Assembly: GCA_965112735.1 (NCBI GenBank)
Contig: OZ218959.1
Span: forward strand, 868,001 to 932,000
DNA from: Phaeosaccion multiseriatum
Lineage: Eukaryota > Protista > Ochrophyta, other classes
Length of the DNA: 64,000 nt
Direction of reading: 5' to 3'
Positions within the stretch are counted from its first letter, which is position 1, and each line of letters begins with the position of its first letter. A program made the translations under genes and the position numbers. Positions 37,076 through 49,599 of the stretch are shown piece after piece. A model generated the notes under the pieces. The model was not told the DNA's origin and searched no databases. It saw only the letters and a list, made by a program, of their open reading frames with translations.

Positions 37076-39153
37076 ATGCCAGAGGTGAAGGGGGATGGAG
37101 GAGGGGGGGAAGGGGCAGGGGGGCGAGCTCAGCACACGATAATGATCGGGGGTCAGCAGGTACGCAAGTACAGCAACGGGAAAACTGCGCTGACTTTCAA
37201 CGAGAAGGATCGCTCCGGCTTCGCGCTCTATCCATCGGGGAGAGTGGCGGTGTGCTCCAGCGCTGTGGGGAATGAGGGGAGACAGTGCAGGCGAGTACCA
37301 AATTTGATGCCTCTCCCACTCTCTCCTCTTCTCCCCCGGATCACTCTGCTCTGCTCTACCCCTCCTCTCTCTGACTGTCTGCTCTTCCCTCCCGACCCTT
37401 TCTCTCTTGCTTAGGTTTTATATGTACGACGATGATAAGGCCAACACACTCCTCTGCGCCATCGACGAGCTCATTGTGGGCTTCGCTGTGGACCGCAGCC
37501 GGGGCCCCATGCGAGGCATGCGACTCGTGCTCAACGCCAAGGGAGGCCTCTTCACCGACGGGCAGGCCAACATCACCAAGGAGTGGCGGTGGGACACGAG
37601 TATCAGAGACAAGAGCCTGCAGCCACCGAGAGACGCTGTGCTCATGACTCTGAATGCGTACTTGACGCTACATTTCCAGGACCAGAGTCGCATCAGCGCG
37701 CGCTTCAGCTGCAGCGGAGTGGTGAAAGAGTTTGACTTAGGCAGGAAGTTGCGCGTCGAGGAGAGCTACCTGTGCAGGAGCCTGCGGATGCCAGGTGAGA
37801 GGGGGGGGGTGGGCAAGAGGAAGGAAGGGCGAGCCACGGAAGATGAGTGGCAATAGGTGGGTCGTTCTGTTGGGATGGCACTAGATGGCACCCATGTGCA
37901 CATATTGTCAAGCGTGTTTGCTGCTGAGGAGACAACTGTGTCCTCACATGTCACTCTCTGTGGGCAGGCGGGAAGCTGTTGGTCAACACGGACTCCGCAC
38001 CGACACTTGTGGAACGCCAGGCCCAGCAGGGCATGGACATGAAGGTGAAGCGAGACAAGCTCAAGCCCAGGAGCAGGAACCTCAACGTGAGTGCGGCCAT
38101 TGATGATTGCATTGACGAGTGAAGCTGCGCAAGCAGGCAAGGTTGGGCATCAATCCGTACCGAATGGGCATCCGATAAGAAACACGACATCTAATCATGT
38201 AACACTCCCCCCTGCCCATTCTGCCTCCCACCTTCCCATCCGCTGCCATCCCATCTTTTCCCCTCCAGGGAGACGTGAAGGACATTGTGACGGGCCTGGA
38301 GGGGATGGATGGACTGACCCCCACTGTCACGTGAGTGAGAGGCTCCGGGGCGGGGTGCTGGGGTGGAGGAAATGAGAGGGGGGGGGGCTGTGTTGTTGCA
38401 TCACAGAGCGAGGAGCTGAGGAGATACTGGAAAGGAAACCGTTCTGCGCATGACTCTGCGAACGCCTGCTCGGACATGTTGTTGTCCCTTTCGTGCCCTC
38501 CACCGCGCTGAGCTGACTCTGTCCATCTGTGTCTCCTCTATTCGCTCCAAAGGCCGTACCAAGACCCCGCGTGGCGTGGCGATGCTTTGCGCCAGACCCA
38601 GGAGGAGCTCCCTCGAGTCAAGGTCACGGGTTTCGAGAGCGGCCCCGTCACGGGCCTGGGGGCGACCATCTACACAGACACTACAGGGGGGGGGGGCAGG
38701 GGCGGGACAGCGACAGGAGGAGCGGAAGGAAGTGCGGCCACGATAGGCGGAGAGGGCGGGGCGGGGGAGCTTCCCAAGACCATGAGCATGAGCTGGCTGC
38801 GCGACGCACAAGGGGTGTGGCTCGACGAGCGAGAGGTGCACAACGCGTTGCTCCTCAAGAACCCTTTGCTGAGCAGGTCCGTATGCCTCCAGGCTGCCAG
38901 CGGCCGGTACGCAGAGGAGATCCGCGTGCCGGGGGGAAAGGTGACTTTTGACAACCCCACAGGCAAGGCGGAGAAGCACGGCAGGCCCCTCCCAGGTGAG
39001 AGCAGCAGAATCTACATACGTACACACGTAAATACGTATGTAGGCACTGAGCGACCCTTCCCGCCCTGTTGGTGGCTCGCTTGGGGTGCCGTTTTGGGCC
39101 CCTCCTTGGGTACTGAGGAGACGGGTGCCTCTCTCTCTGTCGCTCTCTCTCTG

Positions 39154-39217
<64 letters not shown>

Positions 39218-40691
39218 TCCCCGTCCTCTCTCTGTCTCTCACCCCCTCTCTCTCCCACCCCCCCCCCTTTTCTCTCTAAAACACTCACACTCTCTGCCTC
39301 GCCCCCCCCCCCCGTTCCCAATAGCGCTGTCTGGCAAGCGCTTCGACTCGTGGCTGCGGCAGGAGGAGGGTGAGAAGCAGCGCCTTTCCGTGGTACTGTG
39401 CATGCGGCTTGATGACCCCACAGGCACGGGCCCCGCAGAACGAGTGGCAGAGCTTGCGCACGACAAGCTGTGGAGAGAGCACGCAGACATCATGGCCGGG
39501 GCGGGGGGAGGGGATGCACCGCACGACGGGGGGGGGGATACCGGTGACAGCAGCAGCGGCACTACGAGGGGCAGAAACAGTAGTAGTAGCAGCAGCGGCG
39601 GCGGCGGAGGGGAAGGAGGGGGAGGGGGAGGAGGAGGAGGAGGAGGGGGGGGGGCTTCGTGCCGCATGTACAAGCTTGACATGAGCGAGAACAACTCTCT
39701 GGCGCGGCGCTTCGGCGTGCAGTCCCTGCCCATGTTCCTGTTCTTCTTCGAGGGCTCCCTCTGCTGGGCCGGAGGGCTCGGAGGAGTGCCTGTCAAGGCG
39801 GCGCCCCCCGCCAGGGAGAGGCTGAGGGCACTGCTGATGGAGCCCGCCTTCAAGCCGCAGATTCACACGGAGCGCTCTCTCGCCAGGGCACAATTCCGCT
39901 GGGACCTCGCCATGACGGGCAGCCAAGTATTCAAGACGGGCAACAGCACGTCCTATGACGTCATCCTGCTGAGCGATGACCTCAGCCCCGCCGATGTCTC
40001 CGCCGTCGGAAAGTACGTCAACGCCACGAGGGACAGGAGGAGCAGCGCCACAAGTAGCAGTACGAGTGGCAGTACGAGTGGGAATAGTGGTAGCACGAGT
40101 AGCGGCAGTGAGGGCAGCAGCGGGGGGGGCAGGGAGCCCTTGGTGGTGGCCATGGTAACCCTCAAGGGCGAAGCGGCGTTCCTGGACCTGCCCCCAGCCC
40201 TTGTCAAGCTGGGCCTGCTGCAGGGCGTGGCGGGGGCCGAGCATCTGCTGCCATCGCACCTGCACGCCGTGGACGCGGTACTGAGCAAGCCCGTGCGAGT
40301 GTCTGCCCTGAACCGCCTGGGTAGGCTGTGGGCCGACCGGACGAGGGCAGCCGCGCAGCCACCCACCAGGGTCATTTCGTCCTCCACCAAGAAAAGCAAG
40401 CCGCAGCAGTTGGTGGTACAGCAGCAGCACGGCCCCGCGCCGCTAATGTGGGAGGACGGTGAGCGCTACAAGGGAGTCACGCCACAGAGCCTCGTCAACA
40501 AGATTGTCGCCGTGCGCAAGGACGCAATGAGTGGGCGCTTACGGGGGGGGGCGGTAGGCAATGGCGGCCCAGGGGGGGGCGCACAAGGACCCCGGGGGGG
40601 AAACAAGGGCCCAGGCATCTCTATCTCGGCGCAGGAGACAGTGTACAAGGGCATTGCGCTGCAGAGGAGGCCCACCATGGTCAAGACGTAG
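37076..40691 (+). CDS. FAM194 (C3orf20/ERICH6-like) domain protein with thioredoxin-like and pseudo-receiver-like domains
   Basis: KYSNGKTA..GFALYPSGRVAV, FYMYDD, GGLFTDGQANITKEWRWD, LNAYLTLHFQDQSRISARFSC (FAM194-like); YKLDMSENNSLARRFGVQSLPMFLFFFEG (Trx-like); RALLMEP..YDVILLSDDL..VVAMVT..VDAVLSKPV (CheY-like). Confidence 0.7.
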
Positions 40692-41367
40692 AGAGAGACT
40701 TACAGAGCTTCTCACTTGTGCCAAGATTTGCTCCCAGCGTATAGAGAGGGGACCTCAAGAGAGGAGCTCCTCCTGCTGCTTGCTCCAGCAGGTATAGGAC
40801 AGAGGAGGAGAGCAGGAGAGGAGGAGACGAGGAGACGTGTAGACTTTGAGCATCCTCGGGCACTGGCTGTGGCCCGGCAGTGCGAGTCTTAGCGAGGCTG
40901 CAGAGCCCTGACACAAGCAAGAGACGCAAGACAAGCAAGACAGGCAAGAGCAGGACAGACTGGAGCTCGACGATGGAGGTAGGGTTGGGCTCACGTTTGT
41001 GACTTTGGAGGACACTGTGAGTGAGCAACGCCTCGTTGGCCTGTTCTTAGCCTCGAGAGCCTCGTGCCCAGAGGAGCCGCCTGCGTCCGGAAGGAAGAGG
41101 AGGAGGAGCAGTCGAGGAGGAGCAGTCGAGGAGGAGCAGTCGAGGAGGAGCAGAGGAGCAGAGGAGCAGAGGAGCAGAGGAGCAGAGGAGCAGAGGAGCA
41201 GAGGAGCAGAGGCAGAGGCCCTTGCCGGGCCGCCGCTTTGATGGGAATGCTCACTTCCTTCGTCAGCGGCCGATTCGTGCCGAGGGGCGGCCTCTCTTGA
41301 TGTCTTGAAAGGGCCAGGAAAACCAGGAAACGGAGCGAGACCGCCGTGGGGGGCGAGGCGCCCGCTT

Positions 41368-41474
41368 GGCTCAGCCTCTCTGACGTTGCTTGGCTTCGGC
41401 TCAGCCTCTCTGGCGTTGCTTGGCTTCGGCTCAGCCTCTCTGGCGTTGCTTGGCTTGGGGCAGCCTCTCTGGCG
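41368..41474 (+). repeat. 30-bp tandem repeat x3.5 (GGCTCAGCCTCTCTGRCGTTGCTTGGCTTC)
   Basis: Units start at 41368, 41398, 41428 and (partial) 41458. Confidence 0.9.
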
Positions 41475-41520
41475 CGCACGGCCGATACACGCACGACCTT
41501 GGGGTTAGCTGAGCGGCTGG

Positions 41521-41545
41521 AGGGTTAGGGTCAGGGTTAGGGTTA
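41521..41545 (+). repeat. Interstitial telomeric-type (TTAGGG)n tract
   Basis: AGGGTTAGGGTCAGGGTTAGGGTTA, flanked by the direct repeat CTGAGCGGCTGG (41509-41520 and 41547-41558). Confidence 0.85.
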
Positions 41546-41654
41546 CCTGAGCGGCTGGGGGGGGGGGGGGGCACGTGCAACCCTCACTGCATTCTTGTTT
41601 GCACACGACACAGCGAAGCAAGAGCGAGCGAGACCTTGGCAGTGCGAGTTGGAG

Positions 41655-41733
41655 GACAGACAGACAGAGAGACAGGCAGACAGACAGACAGATAGACAGA
41701 CAGAGAGACAGAGAGACAGACAGACAGACAGAC

Positions 41734-41790
<57 letters not shown>

Positions 41791-41800
41791 GAGAGAGAGA
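41655..41800 (+). repeat. (CAGA)n/(GA)n microsatellite
   Basis: Seen directly. Confidence 0.95.
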
Positions 41801-42441
41801 GTGGGGGGGGGGGGGGAGTTGACGGAGCAACTGAGAGGGGCGCTCGACCCTACTCAGGCAGACCCTTGACCCTTGGCACTACGCAGAGAGGCAGTGCTTA
41901 GGCAGGGGCGATGGGCCGATGGACACTCTGGAAGTGCGTGTATCAACGCACACGTTTGTAGTGGTACAATTTAAGTTTTCTATTCATTCCTTCCCCCCTT
42001 CCTTCAAGCCGTGCCCTGCACCCGCCGCACGCAAGGCCCCACCTCTCTTCCGCGGTGCCCCCACTTCACCTTTTCACATTTCACAGTGTGTCTCTTCCCC
42101 CCCTCCTCCAGACTCCTCCAGAGCTGTGCCCCTCTGACCCACAGCCCGAGCGCTATGACTTGACTTTCCGCGCACCCTCCCTTCTCTGTCCTCCGTTCTC
42201 TTCCTCTCCGCCGTAAGGCATTGATTGTCTGTCCCCCATCTCCCCGCAAGGATTCGATTCCAGCGTGTATAGCCTGTGGGCCTCCGTAGGACCTCACGGC
42301 TTCCCTTCGGCTCCTCCTTCCTTTCCCTTTCCCTTTCCCTTGGCGTGTGCCCACGTGCGCTCCTTCCCGCCCCCCACGCGACCTCTCCCTCTCGCTCCAT
42401 CCCTCACCAGAAACTAGAGAAGAGAGCGTCCGCTTACTCAC

Positions 42442-45400
42442 TCACATGCTCACTCCTCCTGCATCTGCTTCGCCCTCCATCTCCTGCTCCTCCTCGCTCT
42501 CATCACTCTCATCACCCTCATCACTCACTCCTGCGTCCTTGAGGCCCTCCTTCCCCCCCCCCCCTTGAGCTTCTGCTGCTTCTGCTGCCTTCCTCATCTC
42601 AAGCTGCTTCATCTCGTTCATGATGATCTCCTGAGAGAGAGAGTAAAAGAGAGGAGTTTAGAGAGAAAGAAGGGCACAGAGCCAGAGAGAGAAGGGGACA
42701 GAGAATGAGAAGAGTAGGAGAGACAGACAGACAGACACAGAGAGATGGCGCACCCACGCGCCCACAGACAGACAGACAGAGAGAGAGAGAGGCCACACCC
42801 ACGCACCCACGCACCCACTCACCCACGCACCCACTCACCCACGCACCCACTCACCTGGTCCTCTGAGCTGAGTCCCCGCATGGCCTCTTTGAGCGACTCC
42901 TCGTCCGTGCCCCTTGCGAGGAACTCAATGAGCTCAGCGTCGTCCTCCGCAAGCATGTCCTTCACCACAGAGGGCTTGTCCAGGGCGTGGCTGAGAGGGG
43001 GGGGGCATGATTGGATTCATTCGTCAGTCGAGCAGCAGTAGAGACCGACCCGCGGGGTACTTTGTGCACCTTCCTTTCCTTTGCGCACTCTGCCCCTTTC
43101 CCCCTACCTACTCCCTTGCTACTCTCTCCTCTGCCTCACTCACCCCGCGTCGGCGATGATCTGCTCCCACTCCGCGAAGCGCAGGTCCCACGCCTCCATT
43201 GTCTCTGGCACGGGGTCCCCGTCCTCTATGGGCGGTACTCCGAACACGTCCATCCACTCCTCGAGCACCTTCCGCTTACGGCCCATGTCCTCGAACATTT
43301 CCAGGGCCAGCTGCTGCTGCTCCATCGCAGCATTGGATGTGTCCCTATATGATAACAGGGGGGGGAGAGAGATAGGGGGTGAGGGGTGAGGGGCTGGTGG
43401 CTGGCCTCACTGCTCCAAACAGCACAAAGCCCTTCTTCTTCGTCAGTTCGTTTGGGGCAGGCAGGCATACATGCATGCATGCAAAGCACGGGAGACACAT
43501 GCGGGGCAAGCAGTGCGTGGCAAGCAGTGCGGGGCAAGCAGGCACCTCCTCCACATAGCACGGGGCTCGGGGATGGGGACAGCGCAGCCAAAAGACACGC
43601 GCCCGCCCGCCCGCCCCCCTCCGCCTCCTTCCCTCCTCCCCCTCCTCCGCCTCCTTCCCTCCTCCTCCTCCTCCTCCTCCTCCTCCTCCTCCTCCTCCTC
43701 CTCCTCCTCCTCCTCCTCCTCCTCCTCCTCCTCCTCCACTCCATTCGCTCACATGTGCGGCCGCAGAGCGATCTCAGGGTCCTCCGCGTCTCCGTCTTTT
43801 GGCTCTGTGGAGCCGAACTCGCGCAGCCACATCTTCTCCCCCGCCGCTTCGCTCTCCAGGCCGGGGATGACGTCATCGAAGCGCATCTGCAGGGGGGCAT
43901 CCACCCAGTTGTCCAGCTCCTCCAGGTCCGCGAGGTTCAGGCCGTGGTCAAGAGGGGCGAGCTCCATCAGCTTGGCTCGCCTGAGGTGGTGAAGTGGTGA
44001 GGTGGTGAGGGGAGGTGAGGCGATGCATGTCATGTCAGTGGTGAAGTCGTTGGTTGGTTGGTTGGTTGGTTGGTTGGTTGGGTGGGTGGTCAATTCGTTG
44101 GTTGGTGCGGTTTGGTTGGGGGAGAGGGGTGAGGGAAGACAGGAAGGAGGAGACTATGAATGATAGAGGAAGTGGGGAAGGAGGAGGCAATCAATGATAG
44201 AGGAAGTGGGGAAGGAGGATGCCATCAATGATAGAGGAAGTGGGGGTATGGGCAGGACGGGGGGAGGGCTTATTCGCTTTGAGCGAATGCGCCTATCGGC
44301 TTGAATCATTACTGGGTGTGTAACTTACACTTCTTCAGAGTAGTGGCCAGGCCCACTTGTGACCCCCTTCTGCACCTCCTCGATGGTCTGCGTGTCTGTT
44401 TGCGCCATCTGCGACCAAGGAAGGGACATTCGAGCAGCGGTTAGAGACGTGGGGGGGCATGAGAGGGTGGCGACGCGAGAGAGCACAGAGGAGAGAAGAG
44501 TGGAGGGCGGCGAGGCCGCAAGGCCAGGGGGGAGGGCAAGCGCTCGGCATCCACTACTAGAGCATGCATAGCGGCGACCGCACTGCTCGTTTCGTCTCCC
44601 ACTCCACCGCTTTACATGCCCAGTAGGCCTTTCCTTCTCCATCCCCTTCCCCTTCCCCTTCCCCTGGCTCCCCTGCCTGTCTGCCTGGTGTCGTCGTCGA
44701 GCGTTCCTCTCACTGTCTCTGGCTGCCATCCCAAGCGTCCACCTGCGCCCGCCTTCGCTCCGCTTCTGTCCGCCATCACCGAACCCCCAGGCCATCCCGC
44801 CTTGCGCTTGTGGCCTTCTTTACACGAAGGATATGAAAAAGACTCACCTCGTACTCGAACTCCCACCCCTCGTCGAAGTTCTCCATGACCTTTTGGTAAG
44901 AGTCCTCTCCTTCCCGCAAGAAGAATGCCTCCTCTGGCTTGCTGAGGGGTGGGGCAAGAGGAACGCGGCACAGAGGGAAGGAGGCAAAGAGAGACCACCG
45001 CCAACACACCGAGTGAGTGAGTCAAGTCAAGCAACCGACGGGCATCAAGCAAGTCAAGCAATCGACGGATGGATGGATGGATGGACAGCAAAATCGAGAG
45101 AGTAGGCCAGAGCGGGGGGGGAATAGGCCCTTTGAAGTGACCAAGACACTGGAGAGAGAGAGAGAGAGGGCCCACGACAGACGCAAGAGGCTGCAAGCGC
45201 ACGAGCAGAGCGAGCACACAAAACTGGCACTTACACTGTCTTAGTGTTGGGTTCCTGCCAGTAGCCGCGGTACACGTCGATGACCATCTCCGAGCACCCC
45301 CGGGGGACCACAGCACCGGCCACGCACGTGCGAATGACCTGCAGAAATGCAGAGGCATATGGGCACACAGCGCAGTGGGGGGGGGATGGGGGCGTGAGGA

Positions 45401-46453
45401 CGGTCCAGCACACCTCTCTCTGCGTCTCTCTCTGTGTATGTGTCTCTCTCTGCGTCTCTCCCTCTGCGCCTCTTTCTCTCAGGAGGCGGGGTAAAGCGCC
45501 ACACACTTTAATGGCCTGCTCTGCCTGCCCGAGTGCCCCCCCCCCCCTCCCACCATGCAAGGCCACGTATGTCCAAACCCACAACGATTTATATATATAT
45601 ATATATACCTGCCAGCCCGGGCGGTAGGTCTGACCCTTGGGCCAGTATGGATCCAGCATGTCCGACTCGCACGTGCCGCAGAGCCTGTTAGAGGCGTACG
45701 GGGAGGTTAGGAGGAGGAGAGAGAATCACCCTTGCACGTGCACCCTTCTGTTGCCAAGTACACAAAACACTTCCACCCTGTGCAAGGTGCCACCGGTGAC
45801 GCAGCGGGATAATTCAGTCGCGCAACCCACCGCGCCTCCCACTGCCCTCTGGGGGCTTCCCACTTCCCCTCCCACTTCATGAGTAAAATGCCCTTCGTCA
45901 ACTCACGCCCACCTCTACCCAGTCACTCAGCCCCACATGCAGGCTATTAACTCACTCACCCGGACTGGCAAGAGGTTGCAATCTTGACCCCCGCCGCCTT
46001 GGCCGCGCGGAACACATTGTCTCCCTCCTTCACAGTCACAGTCACGTCTTGCCCGTCCGGCATGTTGGTGAATCGGAGGGGCACGATGGGGGCGGCGACA
46101 TTGGGGTCCCGCCTGGGCGTGATGCCGCTATCCACGCCTCCACCGGCCATGTGCAGCGCCCAGCCTGCCCCCGTCTTGCCTCTCAGGCTATTGCCCTGTC
46201 CTGCAGCCATCCCTGTCCCACAGGTGCTGCACCCCCCTTTCCGCCGCACGCTCCCACATCCGCAACTTCTTCTGCTACCACTGCTGCTTCCGCTGCCACC
46301 AACACTGCCTCTGCTGCTGCTGAGACGCACTGTCTGCTGCTGTCGCGAAGATGGCGCCACGACGGAGCCTGGAGGTTGCAGGAAGGCTCCTGCTGGTTTG
46401 GGAGCTGCTGCAATCCACGCCAGCGTGCCGAAGCCCGCTGCAAACTTGACCAT
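42442..46453 (-). CDS. Plastid-targeted 2Fe-2S ferredoxin-domain protein with a long acidic C-terminal extension (about 9 exons; 3' end approximate)
   Basis: Signal peptide plus AGA-FLQ; VTVKEGDNVFRAAKAAGVKIATSCQSG|LCGTC..|VIRTCV gives CX4CX2C...C; the downstream acidic exons are joinable by GT-AG introns. Confidence 0.72.
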
Positions 46454-46759
46454 TTTGAAGCGGGGATGTCTCCAGCACCTCCCTAGTCCCAGCCACACGC
46501 CCGGCGAGGACAAGAGCAAGCACCAAGAGGGGAAAAAAATCAAAAGGTGTGCGGCTCCTAAACCTCGATATTAATCCCCCTCGGGGACCATCTACATTAA
46601 GTCGTACTACCATCTGTGAATCATATCCCCAACTACTCAAAATGAAACGTACTTTGAGGCACTCACTATCTGCCTGATCTCTCGTGCCCCTCGTGAGGAG
46701 GGTCTTGTGCCCTTGGGCTCGCAGGTCTCTCTCTCTCGACGAGAAGGAGAGAGCCGAAA

Positions 46760-49306
46760 ATGAACGATGAAGAGGGGCTGATACGCATATCACCGCCAGA
46801 GGAGCGCGAGCTGCGCAGGGTGTTCGACCGCTTGTGTGACTTCCACAAGAAACAAAGGTGAATGGAACCCTCGCTCTTGATGATTGTGCTGGTGACTCTT
46901 CAAGGTAGAGACAGAGATGATCACTCATGCCAACCCACCTCCTTGCCAGCGCCCCACGCCCTTCTTTGCCTCACGGCGCTCTCCCTTCTGCGACTGTGCT
47001 TGGTCTATCTTGGTCTATCTTGGTCAATCTTGGCCTGTCTTTCACCCCATAAGAATCAACAAAGAGCTTGGCATTCGGCGAGAGCGGCTGGCAGCGCTGC
47101 TAAATCAGGGCAGTGGGCCCGCAGCCTCGGGAGGCAAAGCTGCCGCCGCAGCTGCTGCTGCTGCTGCCGAGACAGCCGCGGGCAAAGGAAATGGCAGAGG
47201 GGCTCCCGTTTTGACAGAGAATCAGGTCAGTGAGTGACCAGCCGGGGGATAAGGTGGAGGGCCGTGCTGCTGAGGGGCCATCGGGCGTGCGCGTTGTCAA
47301 GGGACGGAAAGGGGGTGGAAGGTGCTGACGGTCCTCTCCCTCTGGATTCTCACCCATCCCCCTCCTGCCCTTGGCTCGTCAGATCAAGCAGCAGACAAGC
47401 GCGCTAATGGAGGAGATTGATGGCTTGGAGGAGGAAATTGCGCAGCTGGAGAACAATCCGCACAAGAAAATATCACTCATTGTACGTCGACGAGGCGTTG
47501 CCGCCAAGGGGGCCTTTGAGCAGGAGCCCACTCCCAGTCGCAGCAGTGGACTCCTACTCGCAGCACTGGGGAGGCGATGAGGAGGAGGAAGAGGAGGAGG
47601 ACGATTTGGAAGTGCTGCAAGTTGCAGCGGAAGGGGGAGAGGAGGAGGAAGGGAGTGACTGTAAGGCTAAGGCCGATCTGCCCTCCCCGTGCGCGCAGGA
47701 CTCGCGCACCCACTCGGTACTTCCCCCGCCAAGTGTTCCCGTTCCTGTCCAGTCCCCGCCTGAAGCTTTCGTCACTCCATCGTGCGCCATGTGCCCCCAC
47801 CCCCCACACACACCCGCGGCCCCGCGACTCACTCTCTCCGATTTCCACTCATTCTTTCTGTCTCACCCTGTGTCCTGTCTCCCCTCTGCCGCCCCCCCTG
47901 CGTCCTCCCCCCTCCCCGCGCCCCCCCTCCTGTTCCCTACCAGGACGTGGCGGAGGGCATCAAGTTCCTGGGCAAGAAGTGCAGCAAGAAGGAGGTGGCG
48001 GACATGGTGTGGGAGGTGGATGAGAATCTCGATAACTGCATAGACTGGGAGGTAAGGGGCGAGCAGCAGAAGCAGCAGAGAGGTAGAGAGGGTGGGATGG
48101 AGAGGGGCGGAGGCAGTCTCAGAGAGTAAGTGAGTGCATCCACGGTAACGCAGGCATCCTTTGCGACAACCGTTTGTGGTGGCGGTGACTAACCGAGAGC
48201 AATGCACTACCTACCCAATGCCATATCGCCCTCCCCCCTGCAGGAGCTGCGGCTGCTCTTCCACCGCAACATTAATGACAAGACAGGCCTCGAGCCCGCC
48301 AAGGTCCGTGCTCCCTGACTGACATACAGGGACATACACACAGGCCACTGCCTGACACACAGGCCACTGACTGACACACAGGCCACTGCCTGACACACAG
48401 GCCACTGACTGACACTCAGGCCACTGACTGACACACAGGCCACCCCCCCCCCCAACCACTCTGTATGTTCCTCCTTCGACATCGCTCGCTGCGTCCCGTC
48501 TGTCTCTCATGTCACACTTCGCCAAGGAGCATTATGCACGCACACACAAACGTACCCACCCCCTCTCCTTTTCTGTTCTGCTTCGTCTCGCTCCCGCGTG
48601 GTCCGGTCCCGTGCGTGCGCCCCCCCCCCCAAACAGCTCTTCAATATGGCTCAGTTCATGATCTACGACGTGGACAACAGCGGCGCCGTAAGCGTGGACG
48701 AGACTATGAACATGCTGTTCGCTAGACACGGGAGGGTCAAGATGGAGAGCAAGATCAGAGAGCTCTTCGGGGAGGAGATGAAGGAGAGCGGCACGCAGGT
48801 GAGGGGCGAGGGGAGAGGTGCAGATCGGCGGAGCCCTGGCCTTGAGCCTGTTGGTGACTTGGCGGCTTGACGGCTTGGGCTTACTCACCTCACAGGGAGG
48901 GAGAGCACAGCACGAGTGGATGCACTGTGCTAGAGGGGCTCGCGGATCTTCTTTCTGTAACGCCCTCTTGCTGTGTCGGTGTCGATGTCGCCTCCTCCCC
49001 TCTCTGTCGTTGACTGCTCATCGCTCTACCGCTCAATCCGCCCTTGACTCCCCCCTTTGTTCCTGGCTCACTCTCTCACTTCCCTCTCATTCTCTCCCTG
49101 GCCCTTGCTTCTCCCGCCCCCCCCTCCCTCGCCGCCCCTTGTTCCTCCCCGCCCCTTCTGTGGCTGGTCAGGGGGGGGAGATCAACTTTCAACAGTACTT
49201 GGCAGCGGTGGAGCGCACTCAGCTGCAGACCTTCCTCAACTCGAGCGTTGGCAGGGCACAGCTCGCCAAGGCCGGGCACAAGGGAGGCAGCAACAGGGGG
49301 GGGTAG
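46760..49306 (+). CDS. Calmodulin-like EF-hand protein with a coiled-coil insert (possibly flagellar), 7 exons
   Basis: [33 protein letters not shown]|[10 protein letters not shown]|[31 protein letters not shown]. Confidence 0.82.
48317..48442 (+). repeat. Intronic ~19-21-bp minisatellite (CAGGCCACTG[C/A]CTGACACA)
   Basis: About 5 imperfect tandem units. Confidence 0.85.
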
Positions 49307-49334
49307 GGGCAAGGCACAGGTGGTGGGGGAGTAG

Positions 49335-49373
<39 letters not shown>

Positions 49374-49599
49374 GCCACTTGCTCTACGCAATCAGAGTGC
49401 AGTCGGCCCCTCGCGGGTTTGGCGCAAGGGCCTCTCAATGGCCTCTCAATGGCCTGTTCTCTTCTGTAACGCCCCCTCTTGTGCAGGGCCGTACGGCAGA
49501 CTGTATATGAAAAAATGAAAGAAATGACGGGTGAATCGGTGTACAGAGTATGTCATTTGGCATGCCAAGGTCGTTCCCTTTCTCTCCCTCTCTCCCCTA

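Larger units (their letters stand above)
40940..41660 (+). mobile_element. Copy 3 (degenerate, internally deleted) of the unclassified repeat family
   Basis: 22-bp identity 41477-41498 = 7115-7136 (CACGGCCGATACACGCACGACC). GCTTTGATGG..TTCGTCAGCGGCCGATTCGTGCCGAG matches the ORF ends of copies 1 and 2. CAGCGAAG..AGAGCGA..GAGTTGGAGGACAGA (41611-41660) matches the copy 2 tail. A QEQDRLEL remnant aligns with QESTRLEL. Confidence 0.7.

Noticed and set aside
41368-41474. 30-bp repeats as a CRISPR array (also the 40-bp repeats at 58731)
   Set aside because: The units are directly tandem with no unique spacers, there are no cas genes, and the context is eukaryotic.
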